Of a DNA stretch of 64,000 nt, positions 8,512 through 20,593 are shown in pieces. A model generated the notes under the pieces. It saw only the letters and a program-made list of their open reading frames with translations. It was not told the DNA's origin and did not search any database. The translations under genes and the position numbers were made by a program. The DNA comes from Microcoleus sp. (GTDB lineage Bacteria; Cyanobacteriota; Cyanobacteriia; Cyanobacteriales; Microcoleaceae). How positions within the stretch are numbered: position 1 is the stretch's first letter; every line of letters begins with the position of its first letter. The stretch spans positions 1 to 64,000 of the forward strand of contig JAYFMW010000011.1 in NCBI GenBank assembly GCA_042408215.1, in the 5' to 3' direction.

Positions 8512-10402
8512 AGAGGCAATTTATCACGATTTGCAACAGTGCCGTCGCGGCACTTTCCAGCTATTTTCAGGCATCAATTACGAAACTTTCTGTCGCCAAG
8601 CCCATCCTGATTTCAGTCCGGTTGGCTGGCATTTAGGTCACATTGCTTATACAGAAGATTTATGGCTGTTGCAGCGCTCTGGTGGATTTAAACCAGTATT
8701 TCCTGAGTATCAGAAGCTGTTTGCTGCTGATATTTTGCCTAAAAAAGAACGGGTTTATTTGCCGACAATAGCCGAAGTTGAATGCTATCTCGATGCGGTG
8801 AGAAAAAAGATATTAGATTATTTGGAAATAGCGCCAATCGAGCAACAACAACGCCTCTGGCAGTTTATTATTCAGCATGAAAGCCAGCACTGTGAAACTG
8901 TTGCTTTTGTGTTACAGATGCAGGAGAAGGAAGAAGGCAGAAGGAATCAGGAATCAGGAAGTTCGGCAACGGATTCGCTCCACGGATTTAACGGATGTAA
9001 CGCCGGGAAGGAATCAGGAATCAGGAAGTTCGGCAACGGATTCGCTCCACGGATTTAACGGATGTAACGCCGGGAAGGAATCAGGAATCAGGAAGTTCGG
9101 CAACGGATTCGCTCCACGGATTTAACGGATGTAACGCCGGGAAGGAATCAGGAATCAGGAAGTTCGGCAACGGATTCGCTCCACGGATTTAACGGATGTA
9201 ACGCCGGGAAGGAATCAGGAATCAGGAAGTTCGGCAACGGATTCGCTCCACGGATTTAACGGATGTAACGCCGGGAAGGAATCAGGAATCAGGAAGTTCG
9301 GCAACGGATTCGCTCCACGGATTTAACGGATGTAACGCCGGGAAGGAATCAGGAATCAGGAAGTTCGGCAACGGATTCGCTCCACGGATTTAACGGATGT
9401 AACGCCGGGAAGGAATCAGGAATCAGGAAGTTCGGCAACGGATTCGCTCCACGGATTTAACGGATGTAACGCCGGGAAGGAATCAGGAATCAGGAAGTTC
9501 GGCAACGGATTCGCTCCACGGATTTAACGGATGTAACGCCGGGAAGGAATCAGGAATCAGGAAGGGGAAATCAGGAAGAGGGAATAATATTAATGCCCAA
9601 TTCCCAAGGCCCAATTCCCAATTCCCAATTCCCAATCCCCAAGGCCCAATTCCCAATGCCCAATTCCTCAGTCATTGAAATTCCTGCCGGGGAATTTTAC
9701 ATGGGAAGCGATGGGGTTGAAGCTTTGGATAACGAGCGATCGCGCCACCTATGCTATCAGGAAAAATACTCGATCGACCGCTATCCAGTAACTTGCAGTC
9801 AATACCGAAATTTCATGGAATCTGACGGCTATCAAAACCCTCAGTGGTGGTCAGCAGACGGTTGGACATGGCTGCAATCTAATTTAGTCGATCAGCCCCT
9901 TTACTGGTCAGACAATCCCGCTTTTAACAATCACCCAGTCTGCGGTGTCAGTTGGTACGAAGCCGAAGCTTATTGCAATTTCATCGGCCAGCGGCTGCCC
10001 ACGGAATCCGAATGGGAAAAAGCGGCTAGTTGGGATGCTGAAAATCAAACTCAGCGCACCTATCCTTGGGGAGAAGAACCACCAAATTTAAGCCTGTGTA
10101 ATCACGGTAATCATATCGGAAATACAGCGCCAATTGATCGATTTCCAACCGGAGCCAGTGCTGTGGGTTGCTGCGATATGTTGGGGAATGTTTGGGAGTG
10201 GACGGCTTCAATCTTTGACGCTTATCCGGGATTTGAAAGCTATCCTTATAGGGGATATTCTCAAGCTTATTTCGATGGAGAACACCGAGTTTTAAAAGGC
10301 GGCAGTTGGGCGACTCATCCTCAAACATTGCGGGCTAGTTTTCGCAATTGGTATTATCCAGGGGTGCGGCAAATTATCGCCGGTTTTCGCTGCGCTCAAT
10401 GA
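8483..10402 (+). pseudogene. egtB: Ergothioneine sulfoxide synthase EgtB, interrupted by a tandem array (DinB-like half from 8483, FGE-like half 9593-10402)
   Basis: N-half has FSPVGWHLGH and QHESQH metal ligands. C-half has RLPTESEWEKAA, GNVWEW and RNWY..GFRCA. Stop codons lie inside the repeat array. Confidence 0.8.
8941..9543. repeat. Nine perfect tandem copies of a 67-bp unit inside egtB
   Basis: AAGGAATCAGGAATCAGGAAGTTCGGCAACGGATTCGCTCCACGGATTTAACGGATGTAACGCCGGG at 67-bp period; no spacers. Confidence 0.95.
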
Positions 10403-10627
10403 TTTTTGGTAATTGGTAAGTAGACCTACCTAAAAAAACACAACACCCTGCTCCCCGACTTCTTTAAGAAGTCGGGGATCTAACAGCATTTGTGAATTTT
10501 TAATTTGGGAGCGATCGCCATCTGATGAGACAATACAGAACGGGATCGGCATCAAAAATCTGGCTTGAGTGCGAGATCTGGCAAATTGGCTCGTGCTGTA
10601 CCCCTTTGTGTATCTGAACATTACTTT

Positions 10628-11665
10628 ATGAAATCCTCAAGACTGTCTGACACGACAAACTCAGCCTCAACGAAGGAAAATCGCTTACACTTAGAGCGAC
10701 TGGTGAGTGCTGCGGCACCGACTCCAGCAGAAATTAATGCTGGTAGCGATGTAGTTAGCGGGTTGACTCAAAACCCCAAATCCTTACCTCCAAAGTATTT
10801 CTACGACGATCGCGGCTCGAATCTGTTCGAGTTGATTTGTCAGTTACCGGAATATTACGTGACACGCACTGAGACGGCGATTTTGCAAGGATGTGCGGGG
10901 GCGATCGCCCATTTAACGGGGAAATGCGAAATTGTCGAACTCGGCAGCGGCAGTTCCACCAAAACCCGCATCCTCCTAGATGCGTACAATCAACTCGAAT
11001 ATCCCCTGCACTATTTGCCGATCGACATCAGTCCCACTATCCTAGAAAGCAGCGCTTGTCAACTGTTAGCAGACTATCCATCGCTTCAGATTCACGGAAT
11101 TGTCAGCACCTACGAATTAGCCTTAGCTAAAATTGCACCATCGCCGTTGCCAACTAGAATGATTTGCTTTTTAGGCAGTACCCTCGGCAATCTCAACCCT
11201 CAAGAATGCGAGGTATTCTTTTCGCAAATTGTCGGTGCATTGCAGCCCGGAGAGTATTTTTTGTTAGGAATTGACCTAGACAAATCCAAGGATATTTTAG
11301 AGCCTGCCTATGACGACAGTCAAGGAGTGACCGCTGCATTTAACTTGAATATGCTCAGGCATTTGAATCGGAAGTATGAGGGAACTTTCGACTTAGAGCA
11401 GTTCGAGCATTGGGCATTTTACAATCAATTTGAATGTCAAATTGAAATGCACTTGAAAAGTAAAAAAGCGCAAACAGTGAAGTTGCGCGCCCTGAATTTA
11501 ACGGTGGAATTTGCAGCGGGAGAAACCATCAGAAGTGAAATTTCCCGCAAGTTCAATCTCAATACTGTGCAAGAAGAACTGGCGAGCCGCGGTTTAATGC
11601 CGGTGCAAGTTTGGACCGATCCAAAGCAGTGGTTTGGCTTGATGCTTTGTCAGATGTCAGTGTAA
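10628..11665 (+). CDS. egtD: L-histidine N-alpha-methyltransferase EgtD
   Basis: KSLPPKYFYDDRGS, LPEYYVTRTE, ELGSGSS, YDDSQGVTAAFNLN. Confidence 0.93.
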   Translation: MKSSRLSDTTNSASTKENRLHLERLVSAAAPTPAEINAGSDVVSGLTQNPKSLPPKYFYDDRGSNLFELICQLPEYYVTRTETAILQGCAGAIAHLTGKCEIVELGSGSSTKTRILLDAYNQLEYPLHYLPIDISPTILESSACQLLADYPSLQIHGIVSTYELALAKIAPSPLPTRMICFLGSTLGNLNPQECEVFFSQIVGALQPGEYFLLGIDLDKSKDILEPAYDDSQGVTAAFNLNMLRHLNRKYEGTFDLEQFEHWAFYNQFECQIEMHLKSKKAQTVKLRALNLTVEFAAGETIRSEISRKFNLNTVQEELASRGLMPVQVWTDPKQWFGLMLCQMSV

Positions 11666-11824
11666 GATTAAATGAACCGCTTGCGTCGCGTCTGACGCGA
11701 AAGAAGAGAAAGAAGGGGATGCAGTTCTTCCTTCGCGCTCTTCGCGTCTTCGCGGTTCGTTCAAATAATTAAAAATCGCTATAACGAGTAACAAATAACG
11801 AATAACAAATAACCAATTAACAAA

Positions 11825-12430
11825 TTAACAAATCGGTTTCTGTCCGGGTTTCACAGCATGAATGTACTCGCTTCCCGACGTCGGCCATCCCCGTTTGTAA
11901 TAAGCCTCCTCCGGCTTCCCCCAGCCCAATTGCAGCAATATTTCTAAAAAATCCAACTTTTCCCACTTCCAAAGATTAGCCCATTCTGTGCGCTGGGCGA
12001 TCGCCTCCACGTCAACCGGCTCGATTTGCCGAAAATCTTTGCCCGTGTTAACACTCAAATACAAATCCATCCCCACAGTTACTTGCCGCCAGAATTCCAG
12101 CATGGAAATCTTGGCCGATTTCAGCGTCATCAAATCAACTGGTAAAGCGATTAATTGCTCATCCACTGCTGGATAGCGCAGACTATAGCCTTTAAGCGCC
12201 ATTTCCCGCCAAACAATCCCAGAAACTTGATGTTCCCGCTGATATTCGTGCACGGCGGCCTTAAAATTTTGATAAGCAGTGAACTTCTGCACGCCCTCTG
12301 ATTTGAGAAAGCGATCGATCACGGGATTTCCTGTAGAAGAGGTTTCAGTCAAGTTGAGACGTCGCCCGTGCAAGCAAGCTTGACGTTCTGTTTCGAGGAT
12401 GTTAATGAGTTCCGCCGTGCTGTAGATCAT
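11825..12430 (-). CDS. Hypothetical protein
   Basis: 201-aa ORF with normal composition; no family recognised. Confidence 0.75.
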   Translation of the reverse strand: MIYSTAELINILETERQACLHGRRLNLTETSSTGNPVIDRFLKSEGVQKFTAYQNFKAAVHEYQREHQVSGIVWREMALKGYSLRYPAVDEQLIALPVDLMTLKSAKISMLEFWRQVTVGMDLYLSVNTGKDFRQIEPVDVEAIAQRTEWANLWKWEKLDFLEILLQLGWGKPEEAYYKRGWPTSGSEYIHAVKPGQKPIC

Positions 12431-12545
12431 TAGGACATCTTAAAATTATTGATTTTATGGCATTTCCCTTCTGACTTCTGACTTCTGACTTCTGACTTCT
12501 GACTTCTTCCTTTTGCTATAGTTTACAAGGATTTCCAGCAAAAAC

Positions 12546-12570
12546 AAAGCCCCCTATCAGAAGGGGGCTA
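12546..12570 (-). terminator. Putative intrinsic terminator downstream of rbp
   Basis: Stem AGCCCCCT/AGGGGGCT followed by a U-rich tract on the minus strand. Confidence 0.6.
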
Positions 12571-12685
12571 AACTGAGTCTGAGGTTTGGGAGTTTTATCT
12601 TCGGTGTGGATCGAACAACCCGCAAAAAAAAGCAGCATTCGCACCAGCCGTTAACTACCGAAACTCAAATTTTCAGTTTCAAAGC

Positions 12686-13000
12686 TTAGTAGCGTCGTGA
12701 AGAGCGATTGTTGTCGCCCCAGCCGCCGCCGCCGCCTGCAGAGCGTTTGTTGTTGTTTTCACGAGGTTTGGCTTTGTTGACTTTCAAGTCGCGGCCCATC
12801 CACTCAGCACCGTCTAGAGCTGCGATCGCAGCTGCTTCTTCTGCCTCACTTGCCATTTCGACGAAAGCAAAACCCCGCATCCTGCCTGTTTCCCTGTCCA
12901 CTGGCACTTGGACGCGGCTTACAGTACCGTATTCGGCAAATACTTGACTGAGGTCATCTGAAGAGACCTCATAAGAAAGATTACCCACGTAAATCGACAT
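12686..13000 (-). CDS. rbp: RRM RNA-binding protein with Gly-rich tail (Rbp family)
   Basis: MSIYVGNLS (RNP2), RGFAFVEM (RNP1), GGGGGW tail. Confidence 0.93.
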   Translation of the reverse strand: MSIYVGNLSYEVSSDDLSQVFAEYGTVSRVQVPVDRETGRMRGFAFVEMASEAEEAAAIAALDGAEWMGRDLKVNKAKPRENNNKRSAGGGGGWGDNNRSSRRY

Positions 13001-13004
13001 AAAA

Positions 13005-13085
13005 TCTCCAGAATCATTAGGGTGCAGAGAGTTAGATTCGGAGAGACGCTTGTAAATAAACACCAACAAACTACGCAACCGAATT
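13005..13085 (-). promoter_or_regulatory. Conserved rbp 5'-UTR elements (TCTCCGAA box with complementary TTCGG upstream)
   Basis: TCTCCGAA on the minus strand at 13037-13044 and TTCGG at 13078-13082, resembling boxes described for cold-regulated cyanobacterial rbp genes; GGAG RBS. Confidence 0.5.
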
Positions 13086-13537
13086 TAATTCTTGAACTCT
13101 TACTATAACATGAAGCCAGCAGAATCAGCTATTGGCTGTCAGATTTTTAAATTTGAGATGGAGAGAGTGGGGGAGTAGGGGAGTGGGGGAGTAGGGGAGT
13201 GTCCGAGTGGGGGAGTGTCCGAGGGGGAGAGGGGAGTGTCCGAGTATCCGAGTGTCCGAGTGTCCGAGTGGGGGAGTGTCCGAGGGGGAGAATTGGAAAA
13301 ATCTTGCTGCTGGCTGCTGGCTGCTGGCTGCTTGCTGCTTGCTGCTTGCTGCTGGCTTCTTCCTATTACCTCATTAGCTTTGTCTAATTACCAATCTCTA
13401 ATTCCCATCAATAATTCCATCATTAATTAATTCCCAAGCCCCATCGAGGGAGCAATGCTATAAGGCCCCATGCTATAAGGCCCCAGGCCCCAGGCCCCAG
13501 GCCCCATCCCGGAGCAACGCTAGAGCCCAATTCCCAA

Positions 13538-15220
13538 TTACCCCTTCCCCTTCAGCCTTAATTCTTCTCGACTTATTAGAGCTTCGTAGTAATCGGGTTT
13601 AATTTCTAGAGCAACTCCATAGGAGCTAATTGCATCTTGATTCCGCTGCAATTTTTGCAAAATGTCGCCCCGCTGCAACCAAGCTTCGCAGTTGTCCGGC
13701 TTGAGTTGAATCACCCTGTCAAAAGCTGTAACAGCCTCGGAATAGCGTGCCATTTTTCCGAGCACAATGCCCCGATCCGTCCAGGCTTGATAGTTGTCTG
13801 GCCAGATAGTAATTGCCCGATCGTATGATGCGAGAGCTGGTTCGTACTGCTGTAAATTTAAGAGAGCATTGCCGCGTTTTAACCAAGCTTCAAAATTATC
13901 GGGGACGATTTTAATTACTTGGTTGTAAGCTGCGACTGCTTCTTGGTAGCGCTCTAATTTTTCCAGCGCCGCCCCTTGCTGTAAACCGACTTTTGATGAA
14001 ATTTGTGATTCAGAACTCAGAGAAATTACTTTGTCATAACAGGCGATCGCCTCTTCGTACTGTTGCAATTGTTCGAGAGCTTCTCCTCGCAAGTTCCAAG
14101 CTTCTAGAAAATTACCTTGAATTTGCAGGGCATTGCTGTAGGCGATAATAGCATCTTTGTAGCGTTCCAATCCTGCTAGGGCGATGCCTCTACCTAGCCA
14201 AGCTTCGGGGAAATTTGGATTAATTTGAATTGCTTTGTCAAAAGCTGCGATCGCCCCTTCATAATCTTCTGATTCTGACAGAGTTTGACCGCGACCGATC
14301 CATACTTCTGGATAAAACTGATTAATTTGAATTGCTCGATCGAAACAAGCAATCGCTGCATAGCGCTGCTGGTGTTTGAGAGCCATGCCTTTATAAAACC
14401 AAGCTTCGTAGTCGTTGGGTTGCAGTTGAAGTACCCGATCGTAAGCCCTCACCGCTTCTGCATATCGGTGTAGTTTCGCCGATGCAATGCCCCGATTGAA
14501 CCAAGCCAGACAATTGTCTGGTTGCAGTTGTAGGGCGCGATCGTAAGAAGTGACAGCTTCAGGATAGCGTTCTGCCTTCATCAGAGCCAAACCTCGGTTC
14601 AGCCAAGCTTCCCAGTTTCCGGGCGCAAGTTTAACAGCCCGTTCGTAAGCAGCGACAGCCTCAGCGTAGCGCTGCACTTGTAGCAGCGAGTTGCCAAGGC
14701 GGTACCACATTGTGGGCAAATTGGGATGAATTTGGGTGGCTTTTTTATAAGAGTTGGCGGCATCGTCCCACTGCTGCAATTCTTCCTGAGCTCGGCCCCG
14801 CTGATACCATGCTTCGTGCTTGTCCGGGTTGATTTCAATTGCGTTGTCAAAACTGGCGATCGCCTCGAAACAATTTTGTAAACTTAATAGAGCAGTGCCG
14901 CGCAGCATCCAAGCCCAATATTCATCCTCGTTAATAGCAATAGCTCGATCGGCGCTCTCTACCGCTTCGGCGTAGGAGTGCAATTGCTTGTAAGCCTTGC
15001 CCAGCTTCAGCCAAGCGCTGGCCCAGTCCGGCTTAATTTGCACCGCTTTGCCGTAGCAATCCGCTGCCGCTTCGTATCTTCCCGATGCGTACAATCTATT
15101 ACCTCGATCGTAATCTGGAAATGCCACAAAAATTCTGAAAATCGGTGGCAGCAGAGCTGGTTGAGGATTTGAGGAGTGTTCAGGGGAGTTTTCTGTGGGC
15201 GGAGTCGAGAGGTCTGGCAT
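13538..15220 (-). CDS. Tetratricopeptide repeat protein
   Basis: About 15 34-aa repeats of the type AW..RG..L..L.RY.EA...YD.A..I.P. Confidence 0.92.
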   Translation of the reverse strand: MPDLSTPPTENSPEHSSNPQPALLPPIFRIFVAFPDYDRGNRLYASGRYEAAADCYGKAVQIKPDWASAWLKLGKAYKQLHSYAEAVESADRAIAINEDEYWAWMLRGTALLSLQNCFEAIASFDNAIEINPDKHEAWYQRGRAQEELQQWDDAANSYKKATQIHPNLPTMWYRLGNSLLQVQRYAEAVAAYERAVKLAPGNWEAWLNRGLALMKAERYPEAVTSYDRALQLQPDNCLAWFNRGIASAKLHRYAEAVRAYDRVLQLQPNDYEAWFYKGMALKHQQRYAAIACFDRAIQINQFYPEVWIGRGQTLSESEDYEGAIAAFDKAIQINPNFPEAWLGRGIALAGLERYKDAIIAYSNALQIQGNFLEAWNLRGEALEQLQQYEEAIACYDKVISLSSESQISSKVGLQQGAALEKLERYQEAVAAYNQVIKIVPDNFEAWLKRGNALLNLQQYEPALASYDRAITIWPDNYQAWTDRGIVLGKMARYSEAVTAFDRVIQLKPDNCEAWLQRGDILQKLQRNQDAISSYGVALEIKPDYYEALISREELRLKGKG

Positions 15221-15467
15221 AGGCCTTGCACATAAAAATTTTGGTGGGTTCAGAAGCTTTAGGATCTTACATTTTAACCTGTGTTTTTCTGAATTAGCAA
15301 CTTGTTTGAGACTAATTTAGCAGCTCTGAGCGGTCGTGCCACCCCTAATTTGCACTTAACTTGATCCTATTTAATCATGCACCGCTCCCGATTTGCGTAT
15401 TGTAGAGTAAGATGCAGTCATGGAATAGAAAAATCTGTCTGAAGACAGATTTAAAATCAAATTTCAA

Positions 15468-17444
15468 ATGTTGGTTTTGCACGCGCTTTTAGATTTTACC
15501 GAAAATTGGGGGTCGATCGAATCTGACCCCAATTATTGGTATCAAGGTCGTTGTCCTCAAAGTGGCGAAATCTTGAGATTACCTCGCACCGGAATGTCAG
15601 AGGCGATCGCCCGCGGTTTGATGCAGTACCTGGCTGCCGATGATTGCTATGCTCGCGAGGGTAAAATGTATGGTGTTTTGCTAGTTGAAACCCAGGGCGG
15701 GGAGAAAATGGTACTCAAAGCATTTTCTGGGCTTTTGAACGGTTCTAGCACCGTTTCCGGCTGGGTAATGCCCATTCCCGGACGCGATCGAGTGGCGTTT
15801 GAGGAAGCCCGCACCTTGGTCGAATTGGAGTCGATGAAACAGGAACTGATGGCGCTGAAGCAACTTCCCCAGCGGCCCGAATATGAGAGGCTATTGCGGG
15901 AGTTTGAATTGGAATTACAGGCTTTGGGCGATCGACACCGAAATTGCCAGCAACAACGAGATAAAAAACGCCAGTTACTATCCAAAACTCTGACCGGAGA
16001 AACACTGGAAATAGCTCTCGAACAACTTAATCAAGAAAGTCGATTGTTGGGAATTGAACGCAGGCAATTTAAGCGGAACCGGGATGAAAAATTGCAGCCG
16101 CTTAAACAATTAATTGAAGCTGCGGATGCAGGAATTCGGGAACTGAAACAAAAGCGAAAAGAACTGTCTCGCGAACTTCAAACCCAGATGCACGAGGCTT
16201 ATACTCTGGTGAATTTTTTGGGTAAATCGCGATCGCTCCAGCAATTAATGCCCAGCGGTTCGATACCAACAGGAACCGGCGACTGTTGTGCGCCAAAATT
16301 GCTCCACTGTGCGGCTTTACATAATCTCAAACCGCTGGGAATGGCTGAGTTTTGGTGGGGGCCATCATCGGGGGACAAAGTTCAGGGAGAGTTTTATGGT
16401 GCTTGTGCCGATCGATGTCAGCCATTGATGGGTTTTTTGCTATCAGGATTATCTCAAAATCCGCTGGTTTCTAATGATGTTAATGATTGCGAGAATGAGC
16501 CTCTCGATCTGGATTCCCAGGCAGAGCCTGGAAATGAGATAAGTCGGCTGTCTCCCTTGTTTGTATTGAAGTCTAGATCCCCCCTAACCCCCCTTAATAA
16601 GGGGGGGACAAGAAATCTTCTCAAAGTCCCCCTTAAGCAGGGGGATTTAGGGGGATCTAGACTCGACGAAAAGCGATCTTTATTGGTTTCAGTCTTAAGT
16701 TGTCACCAATCAGCAGAGCCTAGTAACGAGATGGAAGGCGGGCGAGAAGCCCACCCCAAAAGTAATAACTTTGATGGTGAAACGGGCATCTTTCCTGTTC
16801 CCGATCGCAGGAAAATGCTACCGATTATTTATGAAGATACATGGTTGATTGCAGTCAATAAACCTTCAGGGTTACTGTCAGTTCCAGGTCGTTATTTGTC
16901 AAATCAAGATAGCGTTCTGAGTCGGTTGCGAAATTTATTAGCAGATGGCTTAGACATTACTGCGGTGCATCGTTTAGATGGGGAAACATCGGGAATTTTG
17001 CTATTAGCTAAGGACAAAGAAACCCATAAAAAGTTGAGTTTACAATTTGAAAAACGGCTGGTTCGCAAGGTTTATGAAGCAGTGCTTTCCGGTGTGGTAA
17101 ATATTAAAGTTGGGTCGATCGCACTTCCACTTTGGGGCGATCCCGAAAATCGACCTTACCAGCAAGTCAATTTTGAGCGTGGAAAACCCAGTGTGACAGA
17201 GTTTCAGGTGATTGGGAGAGAAATAAATTGCGATCGCGTCGAGTTTTTGCCATTAACCGGGCGTACCCACCAATTGAGAGTTCATGCAGCGGATGTGAGA
17301 GGATTGGGAATACCGATTTTGGGCGATCGGCTTTACGGATGTAGTGGCGATGCAATGCGGTTACACTTACACGCAAGGGAAATTTCCTTTGAGCATCCGC
17401 AGTTGGGAGAAAGGCTACACCTAAAGGCAGACACGCCCTTTTGA
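15468..17444 (+). CDS. RluA-family pseudouridine synthase (long form) with a repeat-derived linker
   Basis: GKMYGVL, GTGDCCAPKLL, VNKPSGLLSVPG, VHRLDGETSG, TGRTHQLRVH. Confidence 0.9.
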   Translation: MLVLHALLDFTENWGSIESDPNYWYQGRCPQSGEILRLPRTGMSEAIARGLMQYLAADDCYAREGKMYGVLLVETQGGEKMVLKAFSGLLNGSSTVSGWVMPIPGRDRVAFEEARTLVELESMKQELMALKQLPQRPEYERLLREFELELQALGDRHRNCQQQRDKKRQLLSKTLTGETLEIALEQLNQESRLLGIERRQFKRNRDEKLQPLKQLIEAADAGIRELKQKRKELSRELQTQMHEAYTLVNFLGKSRSLQQLMPSGSIPTGTGDCCAPKLLHCAALHNLKPLGMAEFWWGPSSGDKVQGEFYGACADRCQPLMGFLLSGLSQNPLVSNDVNDCENEPLDLDSQAEPGNEISRLSPLFVLKSRSPLTPLNKGGTRNLLKVPLKQGDLGGSRLDEKRSLLVSVLSCHQSAEPSNEMEGGREAHPKSNNFDGETGIFPVPDRRKMLPIIYEDTWLIAVNKPSGLLSVPGRYLSNQDSVLSRLRNLLADGLDITAVHRLDGETSGILLLAKDKETHKKLSLQFEKRLVRKVYEAVLSGVVNIKVGSIALPLWGDPENRPYQQVNFERGKPSVTEFQVIGREINCDRVEFLPLTGRTHQLRVHAADVRGLGIPILGDRLYGCSGDAMRLHLHAREISFEHPQLGERLHLKADTPF

Positions 17445-17584
17445 TTTGGCTCAAAATTACGCAGGTTCTGAATTGCTCGCGAATATGTGATGCCGTTATC
17501 ATTGCGATCGATCGATTCAAGTTATTCTAAGAAGCGATAGATCGCCAATTGCCCTGATTCTTCTGTTGACAAAATACCAAAACC

Positions 17585-18703
17585 ATGAATACCAAAACAG
17601 CATCACCAGCCCTGCTAAGCCCCTTCAAACTCGGAGATTTACCCCTAAAAAACCGGGTAGTTCTCGCACCCTTGACACGAAGCAGAGCCGGTGAAGCACG
17701 GATGCCCAACTCCCTGATGGCAGAGTATTACGCTCAGCGGGCTTCTGCGGGTTTAATCATTACCGAAGCCACAGTGATTTCTACCCAAGCCATTGGCTGG
17801 CTAAATACCCCCGGTATTTATTCAGATGAGCAGCTTGAAGCTTGGAAACAGATTGTAACTGCGGTGAAAACTCGCGAAACACCGATTTTTATGCAGCTTT
17901 GGCACTGCGGGCGAGCTTCCCACAGTAGTTTTCATGAAAACAGTCAATTGCCAGTTGCAGCCTCTGCGATCAAAATCAATGGAGAAGGACTTCATACGCC
18001 TTTAGGAAAACAACCCTACGAAACTCCTCGCGCTCTAGAAACCGATGAAATTCCCAGTGTTGTAGAAGACTATCGCCAGGCCGCAGAACGGGCAAAAAAT
18101 GCAGGTTTTGACGGTGTAGAAATTCACGCGGCTAATGGCTATCTAATTGACACATTCCTGCAAACCAAAACCAATCATCGAACTGATTCCTATGGCGGTG
18201 GAGTGGAAAACCGCTACCGTTTTCTTAAGGAAATTGTAGAAGCAATTATCACAGTATTTCCGGCAAACAGAGTGGGAGTGCGACTTTCTCCCAACGGTGT
18301 TTACAATGACATGGGTTCTCCCGATTATCGGGAAAGTTTTCTGTATATCGCAGGGCAGTTAAATACCTATAACTTAGCTTATCTTCACCTGGTGGATGGT
18401 TTAGCTTTGGGTTTTCATGAATTCGGAACGCCGATGATGTTAGCAGAGTTTCGTGAGGTGTTTGGAGGTACCCTAATCGGGAACTGCGGATATACCCAAG
18501 AACTGGCCGAAACCGCCATTAGCAGGGGAGTTGCCGACTTAATCGCCTTTGGTCGAGATTTGATCGGCAATCCCGATTTGGTAGAGCGTTTCACTCATGG
18601 CTGGCCGCTGAATCCGCCTGCTGAAATGCGGGCCTGGTATTCTTTTGGCCCAGAAGGTTATGTTGACTTCCCTACCTATGAGGAATCTCAAGCTGTTTCC
18701 TGA
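17585..18703 (+). CDS. Alkene reductase (Old Yellow Enzyme / NemA-like)
   Basis: NRVVLAPLTRSRA, GFDGVEIHAANGYL, RLSP. Confidence 0.92.
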   Translation: MNTKTASPALLSPFKLGDLPLKNRVVLAPLTRSRAGEARMPNSLMAEYYAQRASAGLIITEATVISTQAIGWLNTPGIYSDEQLEAWKQIVTAVKTRETPIFMQLWHCGRASHSSFHENSQLPVAASAIKINGEGLHTPLGKQPYETPRALETDEIPSVVEDYRQAAERAKNAGFDGVEIHAANGYLIDTFLQTKTNHRTDSYGGGVENRYRFLKEIVEAIITVFPANRVGVRLSPNGVYNDMGSPDYRESFLYIAGQLNTYNLAYLHLVDGLALGFHEFGTPMMLAEFREVFGGTLIGNCGYTQELAETAISRGVADLIAFGRDLIGNPDLVERFTHGWPLNPPAEMRAWYSFGPEGYVDFPTYEESQAVS

Positions 18704-18908
18704 GCCTCAGATTAGATGGATGATATCGTTTCCGGTTGCATCGTCAGGTGATTTAACCACAGAGGCCACAGAGAACGCAGAGGGAGATAAGAGAGCTGTT
18801 GTAGTTGAGATCGAGAACATTTCCTTCTATCCTATAAGCGTAGGACATTTCAAAACATCCAAGTCAAGAGCTTAGTAGTTTGAGAGTCTAAAAATCATAA
18901 AAATTAAT

Positions 18909-20297
<1,389 letters not shown>

Positions 20298-20462
20298 TCA
20301 AGAAGTCCGGCTGGGGTTGAAACCCCAGCCTCAAGTATCTGTAGGGTGCGTCGCCACCCTTAAATCTTAAAGAATATCCACAATCTTTGATCGACGCACC
20401 TTACACGAGCGGGTGAGCGTAAACAAACCCACACTGATCATTGTTGCAAGACTTTAGAGAAT

Positions 20463-20567
20463 TGATATCACTTCCGATAGCATCGGAATTATTCATTTCT
20501 CTTATCTCCCTCTGCGTTCTCTGTGGCCTCTGTGGTTAAATCATTCCGATGCAACCGGAAACGATAT
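20463..20567. repeat. ~105-bp dispersed inverted-repeat element; inverted partial copy at 18722-18795, diverged copy at ~56610-56714
   Basis: Shared ATATCGTTTCCGGTTGCATCG...GATTTAACCACAGAGGCCACAGAGAACGCAGAGGGAGATAAGA. Confidence 0.75.
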
Positions 20568-20593
20568 GATACTAACTTTGAAAGCTCGTGTTT

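Noticed and set aside
8941..9543. Possible CRISPR array
   Set aside because: All units are identical, with no unique spacers and no cas genes.
13199..13430. Short ORFs in 8-bp and 7-bp repeat tracts (also 40200-40397, 42221-42403, 25414-25699)
   Set aside because: Translations of STRR repeats.
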